NCBI GenBank assembly: GCA_965237415.1
Contig: CBDEFM010000001.1
Location: 60,158 to 124,157, forward strand
Reading direction: 5' to 3'
Length of the DNA stretch: 64,000 bases
Origin: Alphaproteobacteria bacterium
GTDB lineage: Bacteria > Pseudomonadota > Alphaproteobacteria > UBA828
Of the stretch, positions 55,447-64,000 are shown one piece after another (positions within the stretch are counted from its first letter, which is position 1; the number at the start of each line of letters is the position of its first letter). The position numbers were made by a program, and so were the translations under genes. The notes beneath the pieces are model-generated. The model worked only from the letters and a program-made list of their open reading frames with translations, did no database searches and was not told where the DNA came from.

Positions 55447-56253
55447 ATGCGTTACGACGACGGCGACGAGGCTCCCCTCCAACAGGCGGCGTACCGCACG
55501 GTGCGGGTCTGGCGGAGCGACCTCCGCACCACCCTTCTCTTCCTGACGCGCGTGCCGTTGAAGGCGGCACGGCCGGAGGGGGACACGCCGCCGCTCGGCC
55601 GCGCGGTTCGTGCCTTTCCCATCGTGGGCGCGCTCATCGGGCTCGTCGCCGGGATCGTCTACGGGATCGCCGCAGGGATCGGCCTGCCGGACATCGTGGC
55701 GGCGGTGCTCGCCGTCGGCGCCGGCGCGCTGGTCACCGGCGCGTTGCACGAGGACGGCCTTGCGGACATGGCCGACGGCTTCGGCGGCGGGCAAACGCGC
55801 GAGCGCAAGCTCGCGATCATGCGCGACAGCCGCATCGGCGCCTACGGCGTGATCGCACTGGTGGTTGTGCTGGCGGCGAAGGCAGGCGCGATCGCGGACC
55901 TCGGCAGCACCGGCCTCGCGATCGCCGGCATGGTGGCCGCCGCGGCCGTCTCGCGCGCGGCGATGCCGGCGGTCATGCTGTGGACGGAGCCGGCACGGAG
56001 CGACGGCCTCGCGGCCGATGCGGGGAGGCCTCCGTCCGCCCATGTGTGGACCGGCCTCGCGCTCGCGGCCGTGCTCGCCGTGGGTCTCCTGACCTGGAGC
56101 GGGCTCGTCGCCTTCCTCGTCGCGGGCGTCGGCGCTGCCGCAGTCGCCTGGCTTGCCGAGCGGCAAGTGGGCGGCCACACTGGGGATGTTCTGGGCGGCG
56201 TTCAACAGTTCTCAGAGGTCCTGTTCCTCCTCACCCTCGCGGCGGTTAGATGA
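55447..56253 (+). CDS. cobS: adenosylcobinamide-GDP ribazoletransferase (cobalamin synthase)
   Basis: Trimmed to ATG 55447. LLFLTRVP, GALHEDGLADMADGFGGG, RIGAYGV motifs. Polytopic membrane protein. Confidence 0.9.
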   Translation: MRYDDGDEAPLQQAAYRTVRVWRSDLRTTLLFLTRVPLKAARPEGDTPPLGRAVRAFPIVGALIGLVAGIVYGIAAGIGLPDIVAAVLAVGAGALVTGALHEDGLADMADGFGGGQTRERKLAIMRDSRIGAYGVIALVVVLAAKAGAIADLGSTGLAIAGMVAAAAVSRAAMPAVMLWTEPARSDGLAADAGRPPSAHVWTGLALAAVLAVGLLTWSGLVAFLVAGVGAAAVAWLAERQVGGHTGDVLGGVQQFSEVLFLLTLAAVR

Positions 56254-56879
56254 ATTCTCGCACCATCGTGACCCGGTGGTGGTGGGTGCGCCACGCGCCC
56301 GTCACCGACCATGGCGGCCGGCTCTACGGCCGCACCAACGTGCTCGCCAACACCAGCGAGCGGCCGCCCTTCGAGGCGCTGGCCTGCGCGCTGCCCGAAG
56401 ATGCCGTGTGGCTCACGAGCGACCTGCTGCGCACCCATCAGACCGCCGACGCAATCGCCGAGGCCGGCCACGCGGTGCCGGCGAGGGCTATTGAGGCGGA
56501 CCTGGACGAGCAGGATTTCGGTGCGTGGCAGGGGCTCACCTGGAACGAGGTCGCGACCGAGCGGGGCGGCCTCGCCCACAAGTACTGGGTTGCGCCGGCC
56601 CATGTGACCCCGCCGGAGGGCGAGAGCTTCGTCGACGTGATCGAGCGGGTCACCGCCGCCGTCACCCGCCGGACGACGCAGCACGCAGGCAGCGACATCG
56701 TTGCCGTGGCCCACGGGGGCTCGATCCGCGCCGCCCTCGCCCTCGCGCTCGGCCTCGATCCGGAACGCGCGCTGGCATTCAGCATCGACAACCTCTCGAT
56801 CACCCGCATCGACCACGTGGAGGGACCCGCCAGGGGCGGCGCCTGGCGCGTCGCCGCGGTCAACCTGCCGGCGGTCTGA
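56250..56879 (+). CDS. histidine-phosphatase-family protein (alpha-ribazole phosphatase CobC-like)
   Basis: ATGA overlap with cobS. WWVRHAPV (an RHA variant of the RHG motif) and VAVAHGGSIRA. 209 aa. Confidence 0.7.
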   Translation: MNSRTIVTRWWWVRHAPVTDHGGRLYGRTNVLANTSERPPFEALACALPEDAVWLTSDLLRTHQTADAIAEAGHAVPARAIEADLDEQDFGAWQGLTWNEVATERGGLAHKYWVAPAHVTPPEGESFVDVIERVTAAVTRRTTQHAGSDIVAVAHGGSIRAALALALGLDPERALAFSIDNLSITRIDHVEGPARGGAWRVAAVNLPAV

Positions 56880-56956
56880 CGACGGGCCCAGGCACGCCAA
56901 GGGCCCGGACGCGCGGGCCGGCTGCGCAATACGGGCGGAGCGCGTAGACTCGCGCC

Positions 56957-58288
56957 ATGAAGCCCCAGGATGCGCCGAGCCTGTTCGAGGACGCAGCGCC
57001 GAGGCCGCTCGCCGACCGGTTGCGCCCGCGTGCGCTCGACGAGGTGGTGGGGCAGGATCACCTGCTGCGACCCGACGGCCCGCTCGGGCGGATGGTGGCG
57101 AGCGGCGCGCTGGCATCCACGATCCTCTGGGGGCCGCCCGGTTGCGGCAAGACCACGATTGCCCGCCTGCTCGCCGACCACACAGACATGTTGTTCGCGC
57201 CGCTCAGCGCGGTCTTCTCCGGCGTCGCCGAGCTGCGCAAGGTGTTCGCCGAAGCGCGCGACCGCCGTGTCGGCGGCATCGGCACGTTGCTTTTTGTCGA
57301 CGAAATCCACCGCTTCAACCGGGCGCAGCAGGACGCCTTCCTGCCCGTGGTCGAGGACGGCACCGTCATCCTCGTCGGCGCCACCACCGAGAACCCCTCG
57401 TTCGAGCTTAACGGCGCCCTGCTCTCGCGCTGCGCGGTGCTGGTTCTCAACCGGCTCGGCGACAGCGCGCTGGAAACCCTGCTCGCGCGCGCCGAGGAGG
57501 CGGAGGGCCGCGCACTGCCGCTCAGCGCCGATGCCCGCCTCATGCTGCGGGCCATGGCCGACGGCGACGGCCGCGCGCTCATCAACTTGGCCGAAGCGCT
57601 GTTCGCGGCCGGCGCCAGCACGCCGCTCGACGTGCCTCAGCTGATGGAGACAGTGCAGCGCCGCGCGCCGCTCTACGACAAGTCGCAGGAGGGCCACTAC
57701 AACCTGATCTCGGCCTTGCACAAGTCGCTGCGCGGCTCGGACACCGACGCCGCGCTCTACTGGCTCGCCCGCATGCTCGCCGGCGGTGAGGACCCCCGCT
57801 ATATCGCCCGCCGCCTCGTGCGTTTCGCGGTCGAGGATGTGGGGCTCGCCGACCCGGACGCGCTGCCGCAGGCGCTCGCCGGCTGGGAGGCTTATGAGCG
57901 GCTGGGATCGCCCGAAGGCGAGCTCGCCATCGCCCAGACCGTGATCTATCTCGGCACGGCGGCGAAATCGAACGCGAGCTACCGTGCCCTCTCGCACGCC
58001 ATGGCATCGGCCCGCGAGACCGGCTCGCTGATGCCGCCCAAGCACATCCTCAACGCGCCGACGCGGCTGATGAAGGACCTCGGCTACGGCAAGGGCTATG
58101 TCTACGACCACGACACGGAGGAAGGATTCTCGGCCCAGAACTATTTTCCCGAGGGGATGGCGCGGCGCAGCTTCTACGAGCCGTTGGCGCGCGGCTTCGA
58201 GCGCGAGGTGCTGAAGCGCCTCGCCTACTGGCAGAAGCTGCGCGAGGCCGCCGGCGACGACGGGGCGGACGCGGAGGACGACGGGTGA
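56957..58288 (+). CDS. rarA: replication-associated recombination protein A (AAA+ ATPase)
   Basis: 443 aa. Walker A GPPGCGKTT, Walker B LFVDEIHRFN, MgsA C-terminal domain YDKSQEGHYNLISALHKSLRGSD. Confidence 0.92.
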   Translation: MKPQDAPSLFEDAAPRPLADRLRPRALDEVVGQDHLLRPDGPLGRMVASGALASTILWGPPGCGKTTIARLLADHTDMLFAPLSAVFSGVAELRKVFAEARDRRVGGIGTLLFVDEIHRFNRAQQDAFLPVVEDGTVILVGATTENPSFELNGALLSRCAVLVLNRLGDSALETLLARAEEAEGRALPLSADARLMLRAMADGDGRALINLAEALFAAGASTPLDVPQLMETVQRRAPLYDKSQEGHYNLISALHKSLRGSDTDAALYWLARMLAGGEDPRYIARRLVRFAVEDVGLADPDALPQALAGWEAYERLGSPEGELAIAQTVIYLGTAAKSNASYRALSHAMASARETGSLMPPKHILNAPTRLMKDLGYGKGYVYDHDTEEGFSAQNYFPEGMARRSFYEPLARGFEREVLKRLAYWQKLREAAGDDGADAEDDG

Positions 58289-58674
58289 AGATCGCGCTCG
58301 CCATCGCGCTGGGCGGCGCACTGGGTTCCGTCGGGCGATACTACGTCATGGGCGCTGCCGAGCGCTGGCTCGCATCGCTCATCGGGGCGGGTTTCCCTTA
58401 CGGCACCCTGACCGTCAACGTCGTGGGCTCCTTCATCCTCGGCGCGCTGGTGCAGGGGCTCGCGGTCTCCTTCGACGCGGGAGAGGTGGTGCAGCGTTTC
58501 CTCTTCGTGGGGCTTCTCGGTGGCTTCACCACCTTCTCCGCCTTCTCGGCGGACAGCATCGCCATGCTGGAGCGGGGCGATGTCGGCCGGGCGCTGCTCT
58601 ATATCGCGCTCTCGGTCGTTCTCTCGGTCGGCGGCTTCTATTGCGGGCTCAAGCTGGTACGCGGGGTGCTCTGA
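58285..58674 (+). CDS. crcB: fluoride channel CrcB/FluC
   Basis: 129 aa, 4 TM helices. GGALGSVGRY, FPYGTLTVNVVGSF, GFTTFSAFS. 4-nt overlap with rarA. Confidence 0.92.
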   Translation: MKIALAIALGGALGSVGRYYVMGAAERWLASLIGAGFPYGTLTVNVVGSFILGALVQGLAVSFDAGEVVQRFLFVGLLGGFTTFSAFSADSIAMLERGDVGRALLYIALSVVLSVGGFYCGLKLVRGVL

Positions 58675-58675
58675 C

Positions 58676-59668
58676 GTGAGCGGCGTCGCCACCCTGGAGA
58701 TCGCACCCGAGGACGGCGCTCAGCGGCTCGACCGCTGGTTCAAGCGGCACTACCCCGCCATCGGGCACGGGCGCCTGGAGAAGCTGCTGCGCACCGGCCA
58801 GATCCGCGTGAACGGCAAGCGCGCCCGCGCCGGCACCCGACTGGCGTCAGGCGACCGGGTCCGCGTGCCGCCGCTTCCCGAAGGCGGCGAGGACCGCGCG
58901 CCGCGCCGCGCCCTGCCGCCGATGGACGAGGCGGATGTCGACATGGTGCAGGCGGCGGTCATCTACCGCGACGGCGATATGATCGCGCTCAACAAGCCGC
59001 CCGGCCTGCCGGTGCAGGGCGGCAGCCGCGTCGCCCGCCACCTCGACGCGATGCTCGACGCGCTCCGCTTCGACGCAGCGGATGCGCCACGTCTCGTCCA
59101 CCGGCTCGACCGCGACACCAGCGGCGTTCTCCTGCTCGCCCGCCACGCGGCAGCGGCGCGAGAGCTCACCGCCCTCTTTCGCAGTCGGCAGTTGCAAAAA
59201 CTCTATTGGGCACTGGTCGTTGGCGTGCCGAAGCCGACGCAGGGACGGATCGACGCGCCGCTCGCGAAGCGTCAGGTGGGCGCGGGCGAGCGGGTGATCG
59301 CGACCGCGAAGGGCGGCCAGCGCGCGATAACGGACTACGCACTGATCGATACGGCCGGACGGCGCCTCTCCTGGCTCGCGCTCATGCCGCGCACGGGCCG
59401 CACCCATCAGCTCCGCGCCCACACCGCGTCGGTCTTCGACCACCCCGTCGTCGGCGACGGCAAGTACGGCGGCGAAGCGGCGTTCCCGGCCGGCTTCGAG
59501 CCCCGCTTGCACCTCCACGCCCGTGCGCTGGCGCTTCCCCGGCCCGGCGGCAAGGCGTTGGTTCTCACCGCGCCGCTGCCGGCGCACATGGCCGCCGCGT
59601 GGCGCTTTCTGGGCTTCGATCCGGAGCCTGCCGAAGACCATTTTGCGCTCTTCGAGGCCGCGCCGTGA
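58676..59668 (+). CDS. RluA/RluC-family 23S rRNA pseudouridine synthase
   Basis: GTG 58676, one nt after the crcB stop. S4 domain (RLDRWFKRHY...) and catalytic HRLDRDTSGVLLLA. Confidence 0.88.
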   Translation: MSGVATLEIAPEDGAQRLDRWFKRHYPAIGHGRLEKLLRTGQIRVNGKRARAGTRLASGDRVRVPPLPEGGEDRAPRRALPPMDEADVDMVQAAVIYRDGDMIALNKPPGLPVQGGSRVARHLDAMLDALRFDAADAPRLVHRLDRDTSGVLLLARHAAAARELTALFRSRQLQKLYWALVVGVPKPTQGRIDAPLAKRQVGAGERVIATAKGGQRAITDYALIDTAGRRLSWLALMPRTGRTHQLRAHTASVFDHPVVGDGKYGGEAAFPAGFEPRLHLHARALALPRPGGKALVLTAPLPAHMAAAWRFLGFDPEPAEDHFALFEAAP

Positions 59669-60375
59669 GCGGAACCAAGCCGAAGCGCTTCTACGACACG
59701 GCAACGGCAGTGGAAGCCGCCGGCGGGCACGGGATCGCGCTCGACGGCAAGCCGGTACGCACGCCTGCCGGCCGGCCGCTGGCAATGCCGGGCGCGGCGC
59801 TTGCGGGTGCGCTCGCTGAGGAATGGGACGCGCAGGGGGAGACCATCGACCGCGAGACCATGCCGCTCACCCGCCTCGTCTGCACCGGGCTGGACTTGGT
59901 GCCTGAGAAGCGGACGGACATCGTGGCCGAGGTCGCGGCCTATGCCGAGACAGACCTCGTCTGCTATCGCACCGACGAGCCGCCGACCCTCGCCCGGCGC
60001 CAGGCAGCCGCGTGGCAGCCGCTGGTGGCCTGGGCGGCGGAGCGGTACGGCGCCGACCTTGCGGTCACGACCTCGATTACCCCCATCTCGCAGACGCCGG
60101 ACGCGTTAGCCGCGCTTCGTGACGCCGTCGAGGCGGAAAACGACTTTGCGCTTGCTGCGCTAAGCCTTGCCGCCCGGAGCTTCGGCTCGGTGGTGATCGC
60201 GTTCGCCATGCGCGAGGCGCGGCTCGATGCAGAGGCCGCCGCCGACGCCTCGCTGATCGACGAGCGCTATCAGCTTGAGCGCTGGGGCGAGGACGCGGAG
60301 CTTGCCGCCCGCTGCGCCCGCGTCGCCCGCGACGCGGCGGACGCCGAGCGCCTGTTTCGCCTCCTCGCCGCCTGA
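59665..60375 (+). CDS. ATP12-family F1-ATPase assembly chaperone
   Basis: GTG 59665 (GTGA overlap). KRFYDTATAVEAAGGHGIALDGKPVRTPAG... matches the ATP12 N-terminal pattern. Confidence 0.8.
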   Translation: MSGTKPKRFYDTATAVEAAGGHGIALDGKPVRTPAGRPLAMPGAALAGALAEEWDAQGETIDRETMPLTRLVCTGLDLVPEKRTDIVAEVAAYAETDLVCYRTDEPPTLARRQAAAWQPLVAWAAERYGADLAVTTSITPISQTPDALAALRDAVEAENDFALAALSLAARSFGSVVIAFAMREARLDAEAAADASLIDERYQLERWGEDAELAARCARVARDAADAERLFRLLAA

Positions 60376-60482
60376 CCGGACGCGTCGGATGGCGCGGTGG
60401 CGCTTGCATCGGACAGGGCCTGCGGATAGGGTGGCGCCACGGTGGGCGGGCGGCAGCCGGCTCACCATTAGGAGAATGACCC

Positions 60483-60869
60483 ATGGCGCGCGTGACGGTC
60501 GAAGATTGCGTTGGCATGGTGCCGAACCGGTTCGAGCTCGTGCTGCTCGCGGCGCGGCGCGCCCGCGACATCCGCTCGGGCGCCGAGCTTACGGTCGAGC
60601 GGGATAACGACAAGAACGCCGTCGTCGCGCTCCGCGAAATCGCGGAGGAGGCGATCGATCTCGAAACGCTCCGTTACGATCTCGAGCATGGGCGGGAAGT
60701 CGATACCGAGATCGACGAGCCGGACGAAGACACCATGGCGGTGTTGGCGGCCGAGGCTGCCTGGGCCGGCGTGACCGCCCAGACGACGACCGGCGAGGAG
60801 GCAGGCGCGCACGTCGACGAGGCCGACCCATCCGGACCGCCGGAGACCGCGGCGAAAGCCGAGGAGTAG
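60483..60869 (+). CDS. rpoZ: DNA-directed RNA polymerase subunit omega
   Basis: [30 protein letters not shown] is the canonical omega N-terminus. Acidic C-terminal tail. Confidence 0.95.
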   Translation: MARVTVEDCVGMVPNRFELVLLAARRARDIRSGAELTVERDNDKNAVVALREIAEEAIDLETLRYDLEHGREVDTEIDEPDEDTMAVLAAEAAWAGVTAQTTTGEEAGAHVDEADPSGPPETAAKAEE

Positions 60870-60960
60870 CGCCGGCCGGCGGCGCACTGGGCGCGGCGCG
60901 GCCGCTGCCCGCACCCCTGCGGAGGGCTTCCGCCGGCGCCGGCGGGGCATATCAGCGGCT

Positions 60961-63111
60961 GTGATCCGGCAATACGAACTCGTCGAGCGCGTCAAGAGCT
61001 ACGAGCCCGCAGCGGACGAAGCTCTGCTCAACCGTGCCTACGTCTTCTCGATGAAGGCGCACGGCGCGCAGACCCGCGCCAGCGGCGACCCCTATTTCGC
61101 CCATCCGATCGAGGTCGCCGGCATCCTGACCGAGCTCAAGCTAGACAGCACGTCGATCGCGACCGCGCTGCTCCACGACACCGTGGAGGACACGGGCACC
61201 ACAGTCGAGCAGATCGGCACGCTGTTCGGCGAGGAGACCGCGCGGCTCGTTGACGGCGTGACCAAGTTGAGCCGGCTGGAGCTGCAATCCGATCAGGCGC
61301 ATCAGGCCGAGAACCTGCGTAAGTTCCTGCTCGCGCTGTCGGAAGACATCCGCGTTCTCCTTGTTAAGCTCGCCGACCGGCTGCACAACATGCGCACGCT
61401 CCATTACGTGCCGGACGAGCGAAAGCGGCAGCGGATCGCCAAGGAGACGATGGAGATATACGCGCCGCTCGCGGAGCGCATCGGCCTGCAGGCCTTCAAG
61501 GCGGAGCTCGAAGATCTCGCCTTCAAGGAGCTCAACCCCGACGGCTTCCACACCATGGAGACGCGGCTCAAGGCGCTCCGCGATCAGGCCGGCGGCATGG
61601 TCGAGCGGGTCACCGAGTCCCTTACCGCGACGCTCAGGAAGCAGCGGCTCCGGGCAACGGTCGCGGGCCGGGAAAAGCGGCCCTACTCCATTTGGGAAAA
61701 GATGCAGCGCAAGAAGCTCGCCTTCGAGCAGCTTACCGATATTGTGGGCTTCCGCGTCGTCACCGACAGCGAAGAGGATTGCTACCGGGCGCTCGGTATC
61801 GTGCACCGTGCCTATCCGATGGTGCCGGGCCGCTTCAAGGACTACATCTCGACGCCCAAGCCCAACGGGTACCGCTCGCTCCACACCGCGGTGATCGGGC
61901 CCGAGCAGCGCCGCATCGAAATCCAGATTCGCACCCGCGACATGCACGAAGAGGCCGAGTACGGCGTCGCGGCCCATTGGCTGTTCAAGCAGGCGGGCGA
62001 CGTCCGCGACGTCCGTCAGCAGCGCTGGCTTCGCCCGTTGCTCGAAATCCTCGACAAGGCCTCGGGGCCCGAGGAGCTGCTCGAGCACACCAAGCTCGAG
62101 ATGTTTCAGGACGAGGTGTTCTGCTTCTCGCCGCGCGGGGCGCTGATCTCGCTGCCGCGCGGCGCAACGCCGGTCGATTTCGCCTATGCGGTGCACACCG
62201 ATGTGGGCGACACGACGGTCGGCGCCAAGGTCAACGGGCGCATGGTGCCGCTCTGGACCCAGCTGGAGAACGGCGATCAGGTGGAGATCCTGCGCTCGCG
62301 GGTCCCCCAGCCGCAGCCGGCCTGGGAACGATTTGTGGTGACCGGCAAGGCGCGAACCTGCATCCGCCGCTTCACCCGGCTCCAGGAGCGGGAACAGTTC
62401 ATCGCCCTCGGCCGGGCCGTCGCCGAAAAACTCTGCCGCGAGGCCGGCGCGGATTACTCCGAGGCGCTGCTGGAGGGTGCGCTCTCCCGCCTCAAGCAGC
62501 GCTCCGTGAGCGACCTGCTGGCCGCCCTCGGGCGCGGCGATCTCACCAGCGGCGAAGTCGCCGACGCCCTCTTCCCCGCCCGCAGTCTCCAGGGCATCGC
62601 GCGCCGCGCGCTCTCGGTCGCGCGCGGCCGGCGCGGCACCAAGGCCGGCGACCGCGGCATCCCCGTGCGCGGCCTGATTCCGGGCATGGCCGTGCATCTC
62701 GCCGAGTGCTGCAACCCGTTGCCCGGCGAGCGCATCGTCGGCATCGTCACCACCGGCAAGGGTGTGACGATCCACACCATCGACTGCGACACGCTAGAGA
62801 GTTTTGGGGACACGCCCGAGCGTTGGCTCGATCTCGCCTGGGAAGGGGACGCGGAAGAAAAGGGAGTCCATGTCGGCCGTCTCAACCTGGTGGTCGCCAA
62901 CGAAACCGGGAGCCTCAGCCAGTTGACCACCGCGATCGCCAAGAACAATGGCAACATCAGCAACCTCAAGATCACCAAACGCTCGCTGGATTTCTTCGAG
63001 ATGCTGGTCGATATCGAGGTCAAGGACGCCAGACACCTGGGCAACATCATGGCAGCCTTGCGGGCGGTAACGACAGTGAGCAGTGTGGAGCGCGAGCGGG
63101 CGCGCCATTAG
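60961..63111 (+). CDS. spoT: bifunctional (p)ppGpp synthetase/hydrolase (RSH, SpoT-type)
   Basis: GTG start; 716 aa. HD hydrolase domain (HPIEVAGIL...LHDTVEDT), synthetase domain (YRSLHTAV), TGS and ACT C-terminal domains. Follows rpoZ, as usual. Confidence 0.93.
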   Translation: MIRQYELVERVKSYEPAADEALLNRAYVFSMKAHGAQTRASGDPYFAHPIEVAGILTELKLDSTSIATALLHDTVEDTGTTVEQIGTLFGEETARLVDGVTKLSRLELQSDQAHQAENLRKFLLALSEDIRVLLVKLADRLHNMRTLHYVPDERKRQRIAKETMEIYAPLAERIGLQAFKAELEDLAFKELNPDGFHTMETRLKALRDQAGGMVERVTESLTATLRKQRLRATVAGREKRPYSIWEKMQRKKLAFEQLTDIVGFRVVTDSEEDCYRALGIVHRAYPMVPGRFKDYISTPKPNGYRSLHTAVIGPEQRRIEIQIRTRDMHEEAEYGVAAHWLFKQAGDVRDVRQQRWLRPLLEILDKASGPEELLEHTKLEMFQDEVFCFSPRGALISLPRGATPVDFAYAVHTDVGDTTVGAKVNGRMVPLWTQLENGDQVEILRSRVPQPQPAWERFVVTGKARTCIRRFTRLQEREQFIALGRAVAEKLCREAGADYSEALLEGALSRLKQRSVSDLLAALGRGDLTSGEVADALFPARSLQGIARRALSVARGRRGTKAGDRGIPVRGLIPGMAVHLAECCNPLPGERIVGIVTTGKGVTIHTIDCDTLESFGDTPERWLDLAWEGDAEEKGVHVGRLNLVVANETGSLSQLTTAIAKNNGNISNLKITKRSLDFFEMLVDIEVKDARHLGNIMAALRAVTTVSSVERERARH

Positions 63112-63176
63112 CCACTGAACCGAACCGAAGCCGCAAGGATTCGGCGCTGTGCCTGCGGGCGCCGCACCGAGCCAAA

Positions 63177-63205
63177 TTGTGTAATTGCGGCTCTGGCCGT
63201 ATATT
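63177..63205 (+). promoter_or_regulatory. sigma70-like promoter candidate for gltA
   Basis: TTGTGT (63177-63182), a 17-nt spacer, then TATATT (63200-63205). Lies about 55 nt upstream of the start. Confidence 0.35.
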
Positions 63206-63257
63206 CCACGCGCCCCAGCCGGAGACCGGCGCGGGGTCGAATATGGAGGGAGACGGG

Positions 63258-64000
63258 GTGTCTCAGCCACGCCAGACTAGTCTCGCCGGGGCGAACGACG
63301 CGGCGCCCAGCGCCGTGCTGACCGACCAGGAGAGCGGGGGGACGGTCGAGCTGCCCGTCCTCGAGGGGACGATCGGCCCCTCGGTGATCGATATCCGCTC
63401 GCTCTACGCCGGCACGGGCAAATTCTCCTACGATCCCGGCTACACGGCGACCGGCTCCTGCAAGTCGAAGATCACCTACATCGACGGCGAGCAAGGCGTG
63501 CTGCTGCACCGCGGCTACCCCATCGACGAGCTGGCGGAACAGAGCGACTTTCTCGAGGTCTCCTACCTGCTGCTCCACGGCGAGTTGCCCAATGCGGCAG
63601 AGAGAGATCGCTTCGTCAACACCATCACCAAGCACACGATGGTGCACGAGCAGATCAACTATCTCTATCGGGGGTTCCGGCGCGATTCTCACCCGATGGC
63701 GGTGATGATCGGCGTGGTCGGTGCACTGGCCGCCTTCTATCACGACACCACCGATATCGACGACGCGAAGCAGCGCATGATCGCCTCGCACCGGCTGATC
63801 GCGAAGATGCCGACCTTCGCGGCGATGGCCTACAAGTACAGCATCGGACAGCCGTTCGTTTATCCGCGCAACGACCTCACCTACGCCGAGAACTTCCTGC
63901 ACATGATGTTCGCGGTGCCGTGCGAGGACTATCAGATCAACCCGATCCACGCGCGCGCCATGGACCGCCTCCTCATCCTCCACGCGGACCACGAACAGAA
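63258..64000 (+). CDS. gltA: citrate synthase, N-terminal part (runs off the window)
   Basis: Not in ORF track. My translation: [11 protein letters not shown]...[20 protein letters not shown]...[22 protein letters not shown]...[14 protein letters not shown] 63258 has GGAGGGAG upstream; in-frame ATG 63243 is an alternative. Confidence 0.9.
   Translation, partial: MSQPRQTSLAGANDAAPSAVLTDQESGGTVELPVLEGTIGPSVIDIRSLYAGTGKFSYDPGYTATGSCKSKITYIDGEQGVLLHRGYPIDELAEQSDFLEVSYLLLHGELPNAAERDRFVNTITKHTMVHEQINYLYRGFRRDSHPMAVMIGVVGALAAFYHDTTDIDDAKQRMIASHRLIAKMPTFAAMAYKYSIGQPFVYPRNDLTYAENFLHMMFAVPCEDYQINPIHARAMDRLLILHADHEQ

Noticed and set aside
58200-58290. Fluoride riboswitch upstream of crcB.
   Set aside because: crcB overlaps the rarA stop codon by 4 nt, leaving no leader for a riboswitch.

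Overview
High-GC (well above 60%) alphaproteobacterial chromosome segment, almost fully coding, with no rRNA, tRNA, CRISPR, IS or integrase genes that I could find. All calls come from reading the translated ORFs for family motifs; no database was searched. Many long ORFs in the track are antisense GC artefacts and were discarded, and several starts were trimmed to conserved N-termini with Shine-Dalgarno support or ATGA/GTGA stop-start overlaps.

Housekeeping blocks:
- ilvD (partial), valS, popZ-like, Fur-family regulator, olsBA (ornithine lipid), tsaB-rimI
- a cell-wall trio: DdpX/VanX-like, polysaccharide deacetylase, Bax-like glucosaminidase
- Nfu-type Fe-S protein, and a tauE/TIGR02186-like/usp operon
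- trpS-murJ-glnD
- the envelope cluster rseP-bamA-skp-lpxD-fabZ-lpxA-lpxI-lpxB
- cobT / cobS / cobC-like
- rarA-crcB-rlu-ATP12, rpoZ, spoT/rsh, gltA (partial)

The accessory-looking part is about 30-54 kb:
1. An operon of amidase, cytoplasmic GGT-like protein and Asp/Glu-racemase-like protein, convergent with an R-amine-transaminase-like class IV aminotransferase.
2. A 590-bp repeat- and palindrome-dense non-coding region.
3. A VapBC45-like (MerR-DUF433 / PIN-like) toxin-antitoxin pair.
4. Nested-palindrome MITE/REP-like elements.
5. The best candidate for an undescribed system: a bidirectional ~14.5-kb locus under one GntR/FadR-type control region. One arm has a PotABCD-type importer and a two-gene N,N-dimethylformamidase-like amidohydrolase. 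The other arm resembles the N-methylglutamate pathway (GS-like ligase plus three split glutamate-synthase pieces), but has a single DAO flavoprotein instead of MgdABCD and an orphan 130-aa protein.
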